DNA of 43,256 bases from a virus. Taxonomy: Duplodnaviria > Caudoviricetes. Shown piece by piece: positions 1-7,669 of the stretch. Numbering within the stretch: position 1 is the stretch's first letter; each line of letters begins with the position of its first letter. The stretch lies in the IMG/VR virus record IMGVR_UViG_3300037484_000800, positions 1 to 43,256 of that record, one strand, 5' to 3'. A program made the translations under genes and the position numbers. The notes beneath the pieces were generated by a model. The model was not told the origin of the DNA and made no database searches. It was given only the letters and a program-made list of their open reading frames with translations.

Positions 1-225
1 GCCCCTGGATGTATCAAAGCCGTGAATACTTTTTTATGTTGGCCAATCTGGATGGATTTGTCGACCATCCAAAACACGGAGTTTGTGGACTGGAAATAAA
101 GACCGCAAGTCCATTTATGGCTAAAAAATGGGACGATGATAATGTCCCTGACAACTACTATGCACAGGTGCAACACTATATGGCGGTGATGGGATTCCAA
201 AGATTTTTTATTCCGGTACTAATCG
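1..225. repeat. Terminal direct repeat (circular assembly overlap), copy 1
   Basis: 1-225 matches 43032-43256 except A126 vs G43157; the YqaJ ORF reads in frame across the join. Confidence 0.95.
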
Positions 226-686
226 GGGTTAAGTTTGATTTTCGGGAAGTACCACGGAATGAGACTTTTATCGCCAACTTGATCGAGGAAGAACGAAGGT
301 TTTGGTATGAGAATGTGTTGGCTAATCGGCTTCCTGCTCCTACGGGTGCGGAATCAGAAGATGATGTGCTTATTTCTTTATACGGAAATAAAACCGAAAA
401 GACGATTACTATGCACAACTTAGAACAAGAAGCCGCTCGTTATAAATCCTTAAATGAGCAGATTAGCTTGCTTGAAAAAGAAAAAGATATATTAAAAAAT
501 AACTTTAAGGCCATATTAGGAGATGCTAAATGCGGTGTGGCTGGGAAATATAAAGTAACCTGGTCTCGCTTTGAACAAGAGCGATTTGATACTTCCGCAT
601 TTAAAACACAACAGCCAGAAATGTATAAAAAATTTATAAAACAGACAATTTCCAGTCGGTTAACGGTAAGTGGAGGGAACGTATAA
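3..686 (+). CDS. YqaJ-like viral recombinase/lambda-exonuclease family, 3' part (gene starts at 42731 across the circular join, about 328 aa)
   Basis: ANLDG...GLEIKT and YYAQVQHYMAV motifs; in frame with ATG 42731. Confidence 0.9.
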   Translation, partial: PWMYQSREYFFMLANLDGFVDHPKHGVCGLEIKTASPFMAKKWDDDNVPDNYYAQVQHYMAVMGFQRFFIPVLIGVKFDFREVPRNETFIANLIEEERRFWYENVLANRLPAPTGAESEDDVLISLYGNKTEKTITMHNLEQEAARYKSLNEQISLLEKEKDILKNNFKAILGDAKCGVAGKYKVTWSRFEQERFDTSAFKTQQPEMYKKFIKQTISSRLTVSGGNV

Positions 687-1921
687 TGAAAGCAGATGGA
701 AGTGATTTTAATAACAATAGACAACCAATTGAACAAACAAAAAGAATTTTTAGCCTAACTAAGGCTGAAAGAAAAAAAGCTAAAGTTAAAATAGCCATTA
801 TTGGCCCGTCGGGTTCGGGTAAAAGTTTTACGGCTTTACGATTAGCGACTGGAATTATTAGTAAAACAGGAGGAAAAATAGCGTTAATTGATACGGAAAA
901 TCGACGCAGTGAATATTATGCTAATGAATTTGATTTTGATATTTTAGCTTTAACATTACCATTTAGCCCGGAATCTTACATCCAGGCTATCGAAACTGTG
1001 GAAAGTAAGGGTTATGACGTATGCATTATTGATAGCGGGACTCATGAATGGAAGGGTGAAGGCGGAATATTAGATTCTAAAGAAAAAATGAATGGGTCTA
1101 ATGAATTTGCAAAATGGGCACATCTTACGCCAAGACATAATGCGTTTATCGACAAAATAGCCCGCAGTAATATTCATATAATTTTGACCTTGCGAGGAAA
1201 AGATCAATATGTGTTAGAACAAAAAGAAAACGGTAAGCAGGGAGTTAAAAAAGTCGGATTAGGCCCTGACCAAAGAGATGGAATCGAATATGAATTTACG
1301 GCTACTTTTCTTTTAGACTTGGATGGTAATGTGGCTCAATCTCAAAAAGATAATACTCATATTTTTAACAATTCTGCTCAATTAACAGAAGAACATGGGC
1401 GAGCGCTTTATGATTGGGCAGATCAAGGTAAGGAATTCGTTTCTACAAAAAAGGAATTAGATATTATTAATAAAAAAATAAATAATATCGTTACTGCTTG
1501 TAATCTTACTAAAGCGCAAGAAGATGTAATACGAAAAAAAATAGTTAATCTTCAATTAGATCCCATAAAATTAAATGAATATATTATGCTTTTAGAGCAA
1601 AAATCTAATGAAAAGTTGTTACAAAAAGAAGTCAAACAAGAACCAGAAAAGAAAACTGATGAAATGCTTAAAAGAATTAAATTTCTCAATGACCTTATAA
1701 TGTCTATTCCTGAAAAAGATAGAGAACAATGGATTGATGAACATGAACGATGTAAAACATTAGATGATTATAATCGTGTTATTGCTATTGTTCAAGAAGA
1801 AATAAAATCTTGGATAGTCGATAATCCAACTAAAAAAGAAGAAGTTGATTTTAACGTAAAAAAGAAAGAAATAAAAGAACCAACGAATCCTATTCCTGAA
1901 AAAAATATAGGACTTTTTTAG
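686..1921 (+). CDS. AAA_24/Sak4-like P-loop ATPase (recombination partner)
   Basis: GPSGSGKS Walker A, IDTE and IIDSGTHEW motifs; follows YqaJ. Confidence 0.8.
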   Translation: MKADGSDFNNNRQPIEQTKRIFSLTKAERKKAKVKIAIIGPSGSGKSFTALRLATGIISKTGGKIALIDTENRRSEYYANEFDFDILALTLPFSPESYIQAIETVESKGYDVCIIDSGTHEWKGEGGILDSKEKMNGSNEFAKWAHLTPRHNAFIDKIARSNIHIILTLRGKDQYVLEQKENGKQGVKKVGLGPDQRDGIEYEFTATFLLDLDGNVAQSQKDNTHIFNNSAQLTEEHGRALYDWADQGKEFVSTKKELDIINKKINNIVTACNLTKAQEDVIRKKIVNLQLDPIKLNEYIMLLEQKSNEKLLQKEVKQEPEKKTDEMLKRIKFLNDLIMSIPEKDREQWIDEHERCKTLDDYNRVIAIVQEEIKSWIVDNPTKKEEVDFNVKKKEIKEPTNPIPEKNIGLF

Positions 1922-1931
1922 GAGTTAACCG

Positions 1932-2777
1932 ATGAAGTTTACCGGTCCCTGTGAAGTAAAATTTATCGAAGAGCGAGCAGGTAATGATGTTTATGAAGTT
2001 ATCCCGGCTAAAGAAGATAAGGCCGCGCTTAAAATCTTTATGGCCTATAAAACGCGACGAGATGCAAGAGATAAGACGAATATTTACCCGGAAGTCTCTT
2101 TTTATATCGAAGCAAAAGAGCGGACATACAGCCAAAATAGTACAGTTTTTAAGCTTTTAACGATTATCCTGATTACGGAATTAGGCAGGAAGCCTACACA
2201 TGCAGAAATAGACGAGGCTTATAAAGATTTGCTCGAAATGTACGCTGATAGGCGGCCATGCAGATTTGACAAAAATAAACTAGTGCCTATCCATCTATCA
2301 AAAAGTGATGTTTATCAGGCGTCCAGATTAGTGCAGGGCGCTATTGATTACCTAGTTACAATGTGCAATTTGCATCCGAGTAACGACTATTTTATAACGA
2401 CTAACCTGCAAGCGGATGTTAGGCAATATATAAAAGAATGGCAAGTCTGGCGCGGGGAACTAGAGCGAGACCCGGTTGATTATATCGATTACGAAAAAGG
2501 GCTGCTTATTACAGAGCGTGAATGGAAAAAACGGCATCCAGTATGCGAAGCCTGTCTGGTTGCAGCATTACCAGGAGACCCGCTTGAAAAGTGTCATATT
2601 GTTAGCCGAGGCGCAGCTTCCATAGAGGAACCCTGGAACTGGCTGCAATTACATTATAGCCATCATCGATTATTACAACACCAAGAAGGATGGAAGTCGT
2701 TTCTAAATATTTATACACATTTAGTCGGACGGGTAAATAGAGCCAGGGAAATGGCGGGAAAGAGAGGTAAAATATGA
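1932..2777 (+). CDS. NinB-like/HNH-type nuclease protein
   Basis: RTYSQNS in the N-terminal part; C-terminal CEAC...HIVSRGA...N...H..HH HNH-like motif. Confidence 0.55.
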   Translation: MKFTGPCEVKFIEERAGNDVYEVIPAKEDKAALKIFMAYKTRRDARDKTNIYPEVSFYIEAKERTYSQNSTVFKLLTIILITELGRKPTHAEIDEAYKDLLEMYADRRPCRFDKNKLVPIHLSKSDVYQASRLVQGAIDYLVTMCNLHPSNDYFITTNLQADVRQYIKEWQVWRGELERDPVDYIDYEKGLLITEREWKKRHPVCEACLVAALPGDPLEKCHIVSRGAASIEEPWNWLQLHYSHHRLLQHQEGWKSFLNIYTHLVGRVNRAREMAGKRGKI

Positions 2778-3214
2778 TTGTAATCAATACAAAAGAAGAA
2801 CTATTATCCAAATTAGAAAAGGGTATAATAGAAATACAAGAGAATGTAAAAATTACATTTGATATAAAATGGGATGAGATAGGAGAAAAAATATTAAAAT
2901 TGATCATCAAGGGCAATTGCGACATCAAGGGCTATTGCGACATCAAGGGCAATTGCGACATCAAGGGCGACTTTTTTTGGTCGCATGCAGCAATGCCAAA
3001 AATAGGCGGAAAAATAAAAATTAGGCGTGTATTGCCGCCTGCATGGCAACGCCAGTACTGGGATAAAAGATTAGGCATTAATACTACTCATCTTTGTTAT
3101 GATGAAATAATAGAAAAATTAATACTACCTAATCTTAACGATTGGTTGGCACTAGATAAGTGGACAGAGACGGAACGCTGGATGCTAGAAAGTTTACGAG
3201 GAACAAATGGATAA
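2774..3214 (+). CDS. Hypothetical protein with short IKG[N/Y]CD hexapeptide repeats
   Basis: ORF coupled to neighbours; 18-bp tandem repeat at 2906-2971. Confidence 0.7.
   Translation: MIVINTKEELLSKLEKGIIEIQENVKITFDIKWDEIGEKILKLIIKGNCDIKGYCDIKGNCDIKGDFFWSHAAMPKIGGKIKIRRVLPPAWQRQYWDKRLGINTTHLCYDEIIEKLILPNLNDWLALDKWTETERWMLESLRGTNG
2906..2971 (+). repeat. 18-bp coding tandem repeat ATCAAGGGC[A/T]ATTGCGAC, 3 full copies plus a partial
   Basis: Directly visible. Confidence 0.9.
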
Positions 3215-3680
3215 ACTAATAAAATTAAAACACACGTTTGGACGGGCTATAATTACGCAATATTTTGGTAGAACGAGATTTGCGGAATTAAATTCAGGAT
3301 ATTATCCTGCCGGTGGTCATACTGGCATTGACTTCGGAATACCAGAAGGCACGCCTATTAACGCGACCCATGACGGGATTATCGTACAAGATGACGATAT
3401 CGATAAAAGCGCAAAAGGAATCTATATCGTTATAGTTGATCCGAAACAACTTATTGCGACTCATTATTACCATCTTAATGGTAACACTGTAGAATTGGGG
3501 CAAAATGTACGTACAGGGGATGTTATAGGATATTCCGGGAGTACTGGCCTGTCTACCGCGCCGCATTTACACTTCGGGCTTTGTCGCGTAAATGCTGCAT
3601 GGATACGACTTGATAAAGACAATGGAACTAACGGGTTTATCGATCCATTAGACAAGGAATTGGTGAAATGGAAATATTAG
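3207..3680 (+). CDS. M23 family metallopeptidase (peptidoglycan hydrolase-like)
   Basis: HTGID, YYHL and GSTGLSTAPHLHF motifs. Confidence 0.9.
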   Translation: MDKLIKLKHTFGRAIITQYFGRTRFAELNSGYYPAGGHTGIDFGIPEGTPINATHDGIIVQDDDIDKSAKGIYIVIVDPKQLIATHYYHLNGNTVELGQNVRTGDVIGYSGSTGLSTAPHLHFGLCRVNAAWIRLDKDNGTNGFIDPLDKELVKWKY

Positions 3681-3691
3681 GAGGATTTAAA

Positions 3692-3775
3692 ATGAAGGGT
3701 ATTTTGCTGGGTTATTTTGTGGGTTTGATTTTGTGGATAATTATCGCTGTAATAATACAAATGATTTTTTTTTAA
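3692..3775 (+). CDS. 27-aa single-TM small protein (not in ORF track)
   Basis: GGAGG SD; MKGILLGYFVGLILWIIIAVIIQMIFF*. Confidence 0.5.
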   Translation: MKGILLGYFVGLILWIIIAVIIQMIFF

Positions 3776-3783
3776 TTTAAAAT

Positions 3784-3854
3784 TGTGTGGTCGTCTAATG
3801 GTAGGACACAAGCCTTCGAAGCTTGGCATGGAGGTTCAAATCCTCTCCGTACAA
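3784..3854 (+). tRNA. tRNA with TCG (Arg) anticodon and Gln-like body
   Basis: Cloverleaf: TGTGTGG/CCGTACA acceptor, GTC/GAC D-stem, CAAGC-CTTCGAA-GCTTG anticodon arm, GGAGG-TTCAAAT-CCTCT T-arm; no encoded CCA. Confidence 0.8.
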
Positions 3855-4188
3855 TCACCGCCCCGTATGGGGATGGTATTTTATATCTATTTTCCTATTC
3901 CTGCAAGCTGTTTAAAAACAGCACGCTTAGTAATGCCTGCGTTAAGGCTATATTGTTCTAAAAACTTTGCGGGAAAAATGTATTGAAGGTTTTTTTTGAG
4001 TACCTTCATGGTCTTTTATTTTAGGCTGCCAGCGTCAGGCAGACCATCGATGGAAATTAAATTAAGCGCGGACATCGGCGCATAATTTGACGCTGTACTA
4101 ATAATACTTGTGCCGGGTAGTAGTAATTTGCTTCCCGGCAATTAAAAAACGTGTCATTAAAAAAACGCTAAATTGATAGGAGTTTTAA

Positions 4189-5199
4189 ATGGCTAGACCA
4201 AAAAAGCAGACGGTTGATTATTTCCCACATGATTGCGTTCATAAAAAAACGATGTATATTTTAGAAAGTAAATATAACGTTTATGGCTATACATTTTGGT
4301 TTAAACTATTGGAATTATTAGGGTCCACCCCAAATCATTTTTATGATTGCACTAAAAAAAGCGATTGGGAGTATCTTGTGGCTAGAACATTAATTAAAAG
4401 CGATGAGAAAGCATTAGAAATCTTAAACCTATTAGCCGATTTAGACGCGATAGACAAGAAATTATGGGATACATCAAAAATAATTTGGTCTCAAAACTTT
4501 GTTGACAGGATATCTGATCTTTATACTTCTGCACGGCATACAGATGTTCCACAAAAACCAAAAATCATAAAAATCATAACTACGCCAGATAATGCAGCGT
4601 CTTATGTAGTTTCTACGCCAGATAATGCAGCGGAAATACAGAATAACGACATAACTACGCCAGAAAATCCACAAATTAAATTAAAGGAAAGTAAAGTAAA
4701 TCAAATTAATAATATTCCCGATTCTGATTTTGAAGTACCGAATGAGTTATTCGAAGGTATTCTTGACGATTCGCCTACGGCGGCTCATACTGAGCAAAAT
4801 AATAAAAAATCTAAGCATTCACCTAAAGACATAAATCTACATAATCAAATTAAATCCTATTTTATCGAAAATCATGGGAAGTTTTACAGTTACCCTGCTG
4901 AAAGTGAAGGTATCTATCGGTTAATAAAGTTTTCCAGGCAAGATGCTCCAGGCCTTCCAGAATTTGATTTTATTATTGCTGCTACTCAAGAGTTTATTCA
5001 ACTCAAAGATTCTGGAGAAAAAATATTTAACAATCAGCCATGCTTACCGTCTGTGATTTCTTCACAAGGTCTATGGCCACGCATTATGGAATTTATGAAA
5101 CGGAAAAATCTTATCCGTGGCTCTCCTGTTAACGGTGAATCGGAAGCAGAATACTATGAGAGAACTATGAAAGGAGTTTTTAAGAAAGCACATGATTAG
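4189..5199 (+). CDS. Phage replication initiator (DUF4373/Lin1244-like N-terminus)
   Basis: MARPKKQTVDYFPHD N-terminus; internal iteron-like repeats. Confidence 0.8.
   Translation: MARPKKQTVDYFPHDCVHKKTMYILESKYNVYGYTFWFKLLELLGSTPNHFYDCTKKSDWEYLVARTLIKSDEKALEILNLLADLDAIDKKLWDTSKIIWSQNFVDRISDLYTSARHTDVPQKPKIIKIITTPDNAASYVVSTPDNAAEIQNNDITTPENPQIKLKESKVNQINNIPDSDFEVPNELFEGILDDSPTAAHTEQNNKKSKHSPKDINLHNQIKSYFIENHGKFYSYPAESEGIYRLIKFSRQDAPGLPEFDFIIAATQEFIQLKDSGEKIFNNQPCLPSVISSQGLWPRIMEFMKRKNLIRGSPVNGESEAEYYERTMKGVFKKAHD
4580..4712 (+). promoter_or_regulatory. Putative replication origin: iterons plus AT-rich tract within the initiator gene
   Basis: CTACGCCAGATAATGCAGCG at 4580 and 4613, CTACGCCAGAAAAT at 4655, then an A-rich stretch; lambda-O-like layout. 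Confidence 0.65.
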
Positions 5200-5587
5200 A
5201 AAAGATTTTATAGCTAATTTAATTAATTTTTATTATCCTCTTTCTCCTTTTGTCGCTACGGTATTTGCTGATTATTTAATATCAAAAAAGTTTTCAGAGC
5301 GCGATTATGACAAGCTTTTTAAATGGCTTACAAATAATTTTTCCAGGAAATGGAAAATAACTCCGACTAATACAGAAATCGAAGAGGCTGAAAAAGCAAT
5401 CAAAGAGTTTGCTGATAAAATCGGCAATCGTAAAGATGCCTTGGATTATGGCAGAAAGCCATTTGCGCTAATTACCGAGCAGGAACCTGATATGAAAGAT
5501 TTCAGCAAAGAGATTGATGATGCTTTTGAAAAATTAAAGAAAAAGCTAGGCATGAAAAAGCAAAAAAGGGAGGAAACCCATGAATAA
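5192..5587 (+). CDS. Hypothetical protein (possible helicase loader by position)
   Basis: Coupled directly downstream of the initiator. Confidence 0.6.
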   Translation: MIRKDFIANLINFYYPLSPFVATVFADYLISKKFSERDYDKLFKWLTNNFSRKWKITPTNTEIEEAEKAIKEFADKIGNRKDALDYGRKPFALITEQEPDMKDFSKEIDDAFEKLKKKLGMKKQKREETHE

Positions 5588-6374
5588 CAAAACAAAAAAG
5601 CCGGATGTAGATGAAAAGCGTGTGCTGCGCGGCGGCAGTTGGGGCGGCAACGCCAGGGACGTGCGTTCGGCTAGCCGGGTCGGGTACGGGTCGTCCGGCC
5701 GTGGCGCCTACACCGGTTTCCGACTGGCTATCAATTTTAAAGAAGGAGATTTGAAAATGACAAGAAAAACTGTCAAAGTTAACAATGTGGAATTCAGTTT
5801 TATCTGGATTGAACCAGGTGAGTTTATGATGGGCTCGCCAGAAGACGAGTCTGGAAGATGGAGTGATGAACTCCAACATAAAGTAGTTCTGACTAAGGGC
5901 TACTGGATGGCAGAGACAGCTTGCACTCAAGAGCTGTGGCAGGCGGTGATGGGAAAAAATCTAAGTCATTTTAAGGGTGAGCAGTTACCAGTAGAGAATG
6001 TAAGCTGGTATGATTGTAAAGAATTCATCGAGAAGCTTAACAAGTTGGTACCTGGATTAGATGCACGGCTACCGACAGAAGCGGAATGGGAGTATGCCTG
6101 CCGGGCTGGTACGAAAACGCCCTTTAGCTTCGGAGAGATCATCACCACTGACCAGGTGAATTACGACGGGAATTATCCATATGCCGACGAGAAAAAGGGA
6201 GCATACAGGGCAAAGACTGTGGAAGTGAAGTCTCTCCCGCCCAATCCGTGGGGGTTATACGAGATGCATGGGAATGTGTGGGAATGGTGCGAGGATATTT
6301 ACGGGGACTATCTATATCCATCCGGTACAGTGACTGATCCCGGTAGCCAAGATTCGAACAGGGGCGAAATATAA
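5580..6374 (+). CDS. Circularly permuted FGE-sulfatase/CLec-fold protein: VR-like cassette 1 fused in front of a scaffold lacking its C-terminal VR; internal start at 5757
   Basis: RVLRGGSW...GFRL at the N-terminus, then GEFMMGS, PVENVSW, RLPTEAEWEYACRAG, PNPWGLYEMHGNVWEWC; stop before the usual RGGSW; AGGAGA SD before ATG 5757. Confidence 0.9.
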   Translation: MNNKTKKPDVDEKRVLRGGSWGGNARDVRSASRVGYGSSGRGAYTGFRLAINFKEGDLKMTRKTVKVNNVEFSFIWIEPGEFMMGSPEDESGRWSDELQHKVVLTKGYWMAETACTQELWQAVMGKNLSHFKGEQLPVENVSWYDCKEFIEKLNKLVPGLDARLPTEAEWEYACRAGTKTPFSFGEIITTDQVNYDGNYPYADEKKGAYRAKTVEVKSLPPNPWGLYEMHGNVWEWCEDIYGDYLYPSGTVTDPGSQDSNRGEI

Positions 6375-6571
6375 TGATGGAGGAGAGAGAATGTTTTAAT
6401 AACCAGATCATTGCCGCGCTGCACACGCAGCGCGGCGGCTGTTGGGGCGACAACGCCAGGGACGTGCGTTCGGCTAGCCGGGTCGGGTTCGTGCAGTCCG
6501 GCCGTTTCGGCATCACCGGCTTCCGTCTGGTAAGTGGAGCAGACAAAAGTGAGGAGTTAACCCATGAGTGA
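6374..6571 (+). CDS. VR-like cassette 2 mini-protein
   Basis: QRGGCWGDNARDVRSASR...GFRLV; TAATG coupling to the scaffold. Confidence 0.8.
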   Translation: MMEERECFNNQIIAALHTQRGGCWGDNARDVRSASRVGFVQSGRFGITGFRLVSGADKSEELTHE

Positions 6572-7046
6572 TGAAACAAGAAAGCCTGATGCAGGCGTGA
6601 GGCATGTGCGGCGCGGCGGCAGTTGGAACAACTTCGCCTTGAACGTGCGTTCGGCTAGCCGGGTCGGGTACAAGCCGTCCAGCCGTGGCGCCAACACCGG
6701 CTTCCGACTGGTGAGTGGAGCAGATAATAAATTACTAACTGACTACAATAATGCTTTGCAAGCATTATATGACCATGTAGGATTTGTTGAGGATTGGGTA
6801 GTCTGTCCTATTGATGATAAGACAGACTATTATTGGCAAATAGAAAAAAATATTGTTAAATATGCTAAAACTAAAAAAGAATTACAAAACGAAGTCAATA
6901 ATTATTATGAAGATGAAATCTATAGACAATGTTTTTATAAACAACATATTTATAGAGGCAAAGACATGACAATGATTTTTGTTGACACCCATGTTGATGA
7001 AATGAAATATTTTGCTTTTTATGACAATAAAAAAGAAAAGAAGTGA
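6564..7046 (+). CDS. VR-like cassette 3 fused to an unrelated ~105-aa AT-rich domain
   Basis: RGGSWNNFALNVRSASR...GFRLV followed by an abrupt composition change. Confidence 0.8.
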   Translation: MSDETRKPDAGVRHVRRGGSWNNFALNVRSASRVGYKPSSRGANTGFRLVSGADNKLLTDYNNALQALYDHVGFVEDWVVCPIDDKTDYYWQIEKNIVKYAKTKKELQNEVNNYYEDEIYRQCFYKQHIYRGKDMTMIFVDTHVDEMKYFAFYDNKKEKK

Positions 7047-7121
7047 TAATATAATGGTTGTTATAATTCTTGCTAGATGCATTATTTTATGGTGGACAGG
7101 GAGAAAGTGAGGAGGCAACCC

Positions 7122-7310
7122 GTGAGTGATGAAACAAGAAAGCCGGATGTAGATGAAAAGCGTGTGCGGCGCGGCGGCAGTTGGAGCGTCATCGCCAGGA
7201 ACGTGCGTTCGGCTTTCCGGGTCGGGTACGGGTCGTCCAACCGTTACGCCAACACCGGCTTCCGCTTGGTGAGCGGAGCAGACAAAAGTGAGGAGGCAAC
7301 CCATGAGTGA
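7122..7310 (+). CDS. VR-like cassette 4 mini-protein
   Basis: GAGGAGG SD plus GTG 7122; RGGSWSVIARNVRSAFR. Confidence 0.8.
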   Translation: MSDETRKPDVDEKRVRRGGSWSVIARNVRSAFRVGYGSSNRYANTGFRLVSGADKSEEATHE

Positions 7311-7491
7311 TGAAACAAAGAAGCCTGATGTAGATGCAATCCGTGTGCAGCGCGGCGGCAGTTGGTTCAGCTTCGCCTGGAACGTGCGTTCGGCTAACCG
7401 GGTCGGGTACGTGCCGTCCGGCCGTGACTCCTACACCGGCTTCCGACTGGTGAGTGGAGCAGACAAAAGTGAGGAGGCAACCTGTGAATAA
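7303..7491 (+). CDS. VR-like cassette 5 mini-protein
   Basis: GAGGAGG SD plus ATG 7303; RGGSWFSFAWNVRSANR. Confidence 0.8.
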   Translation: MSDETKKPDVDAIRVQRGGSWFSFAWNVRSANRVGYVPSGRDSYTGFRLVSGADKSEEATCE

Positions 7492-7669
7492 CGAAACAAA
7501 GAAGCCGGATGGCGAGAAGCGCGTGCTACGCGGTGGCTGTTGGTACGGCGACGCCAGGAACGTCCGCTCGGCGAACCGGAACTGGTACGAGCTGGGCTAC
7601 CGCTACGACTCCATTGGCTTCCGCTTGGTGAGCGGAGCAGACAAAAGTGAGGAGGCAACCTGTGAATAA
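7484..7669 (+). CDS. VR-like cassette 6 mini-protein (divergent codon backbone)
   Basis: GAGGAGG SD plus GTG 7484; RGGCWYGDARNVRSANRNW. Confidence 0.8.
   Translation: MNNETKKPDGEKRVLRGGCWYGDARNVRSANRNWYELGYRYDSIGFRLVSGADKSEEATCE

Noticed and set aside
1-225. Biological direct terminal repeat of the virion DNA
   Set aside because: Falls mid-gene in YqaJ, far from the terminase region; most simply an assembly overlap
3783-3986. 67-aa ORF
   Set aside because: Overlaps the tRNA cloverleaf and has no SD
5757-6374. True formylglycine-generating enzyme
   Set aside because: The catalytic Cys pair region of FGE is not evident and the domain is truncated; it fits the DGR-target CLec subtype
5502-7658. 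Minus-strand ORFs over the cassette region
   Set aside because: Antisense shadows of GC-rich repeats with no RBS or recognisable motif
7077-7661. Longer starts in the ORF track (7077, 7288, 7454, 7647)
   Set aside because: The GAGGAGG SD lies downstream of or across these starts and is properly spaced for 7122, 7303, 7484 and 7662
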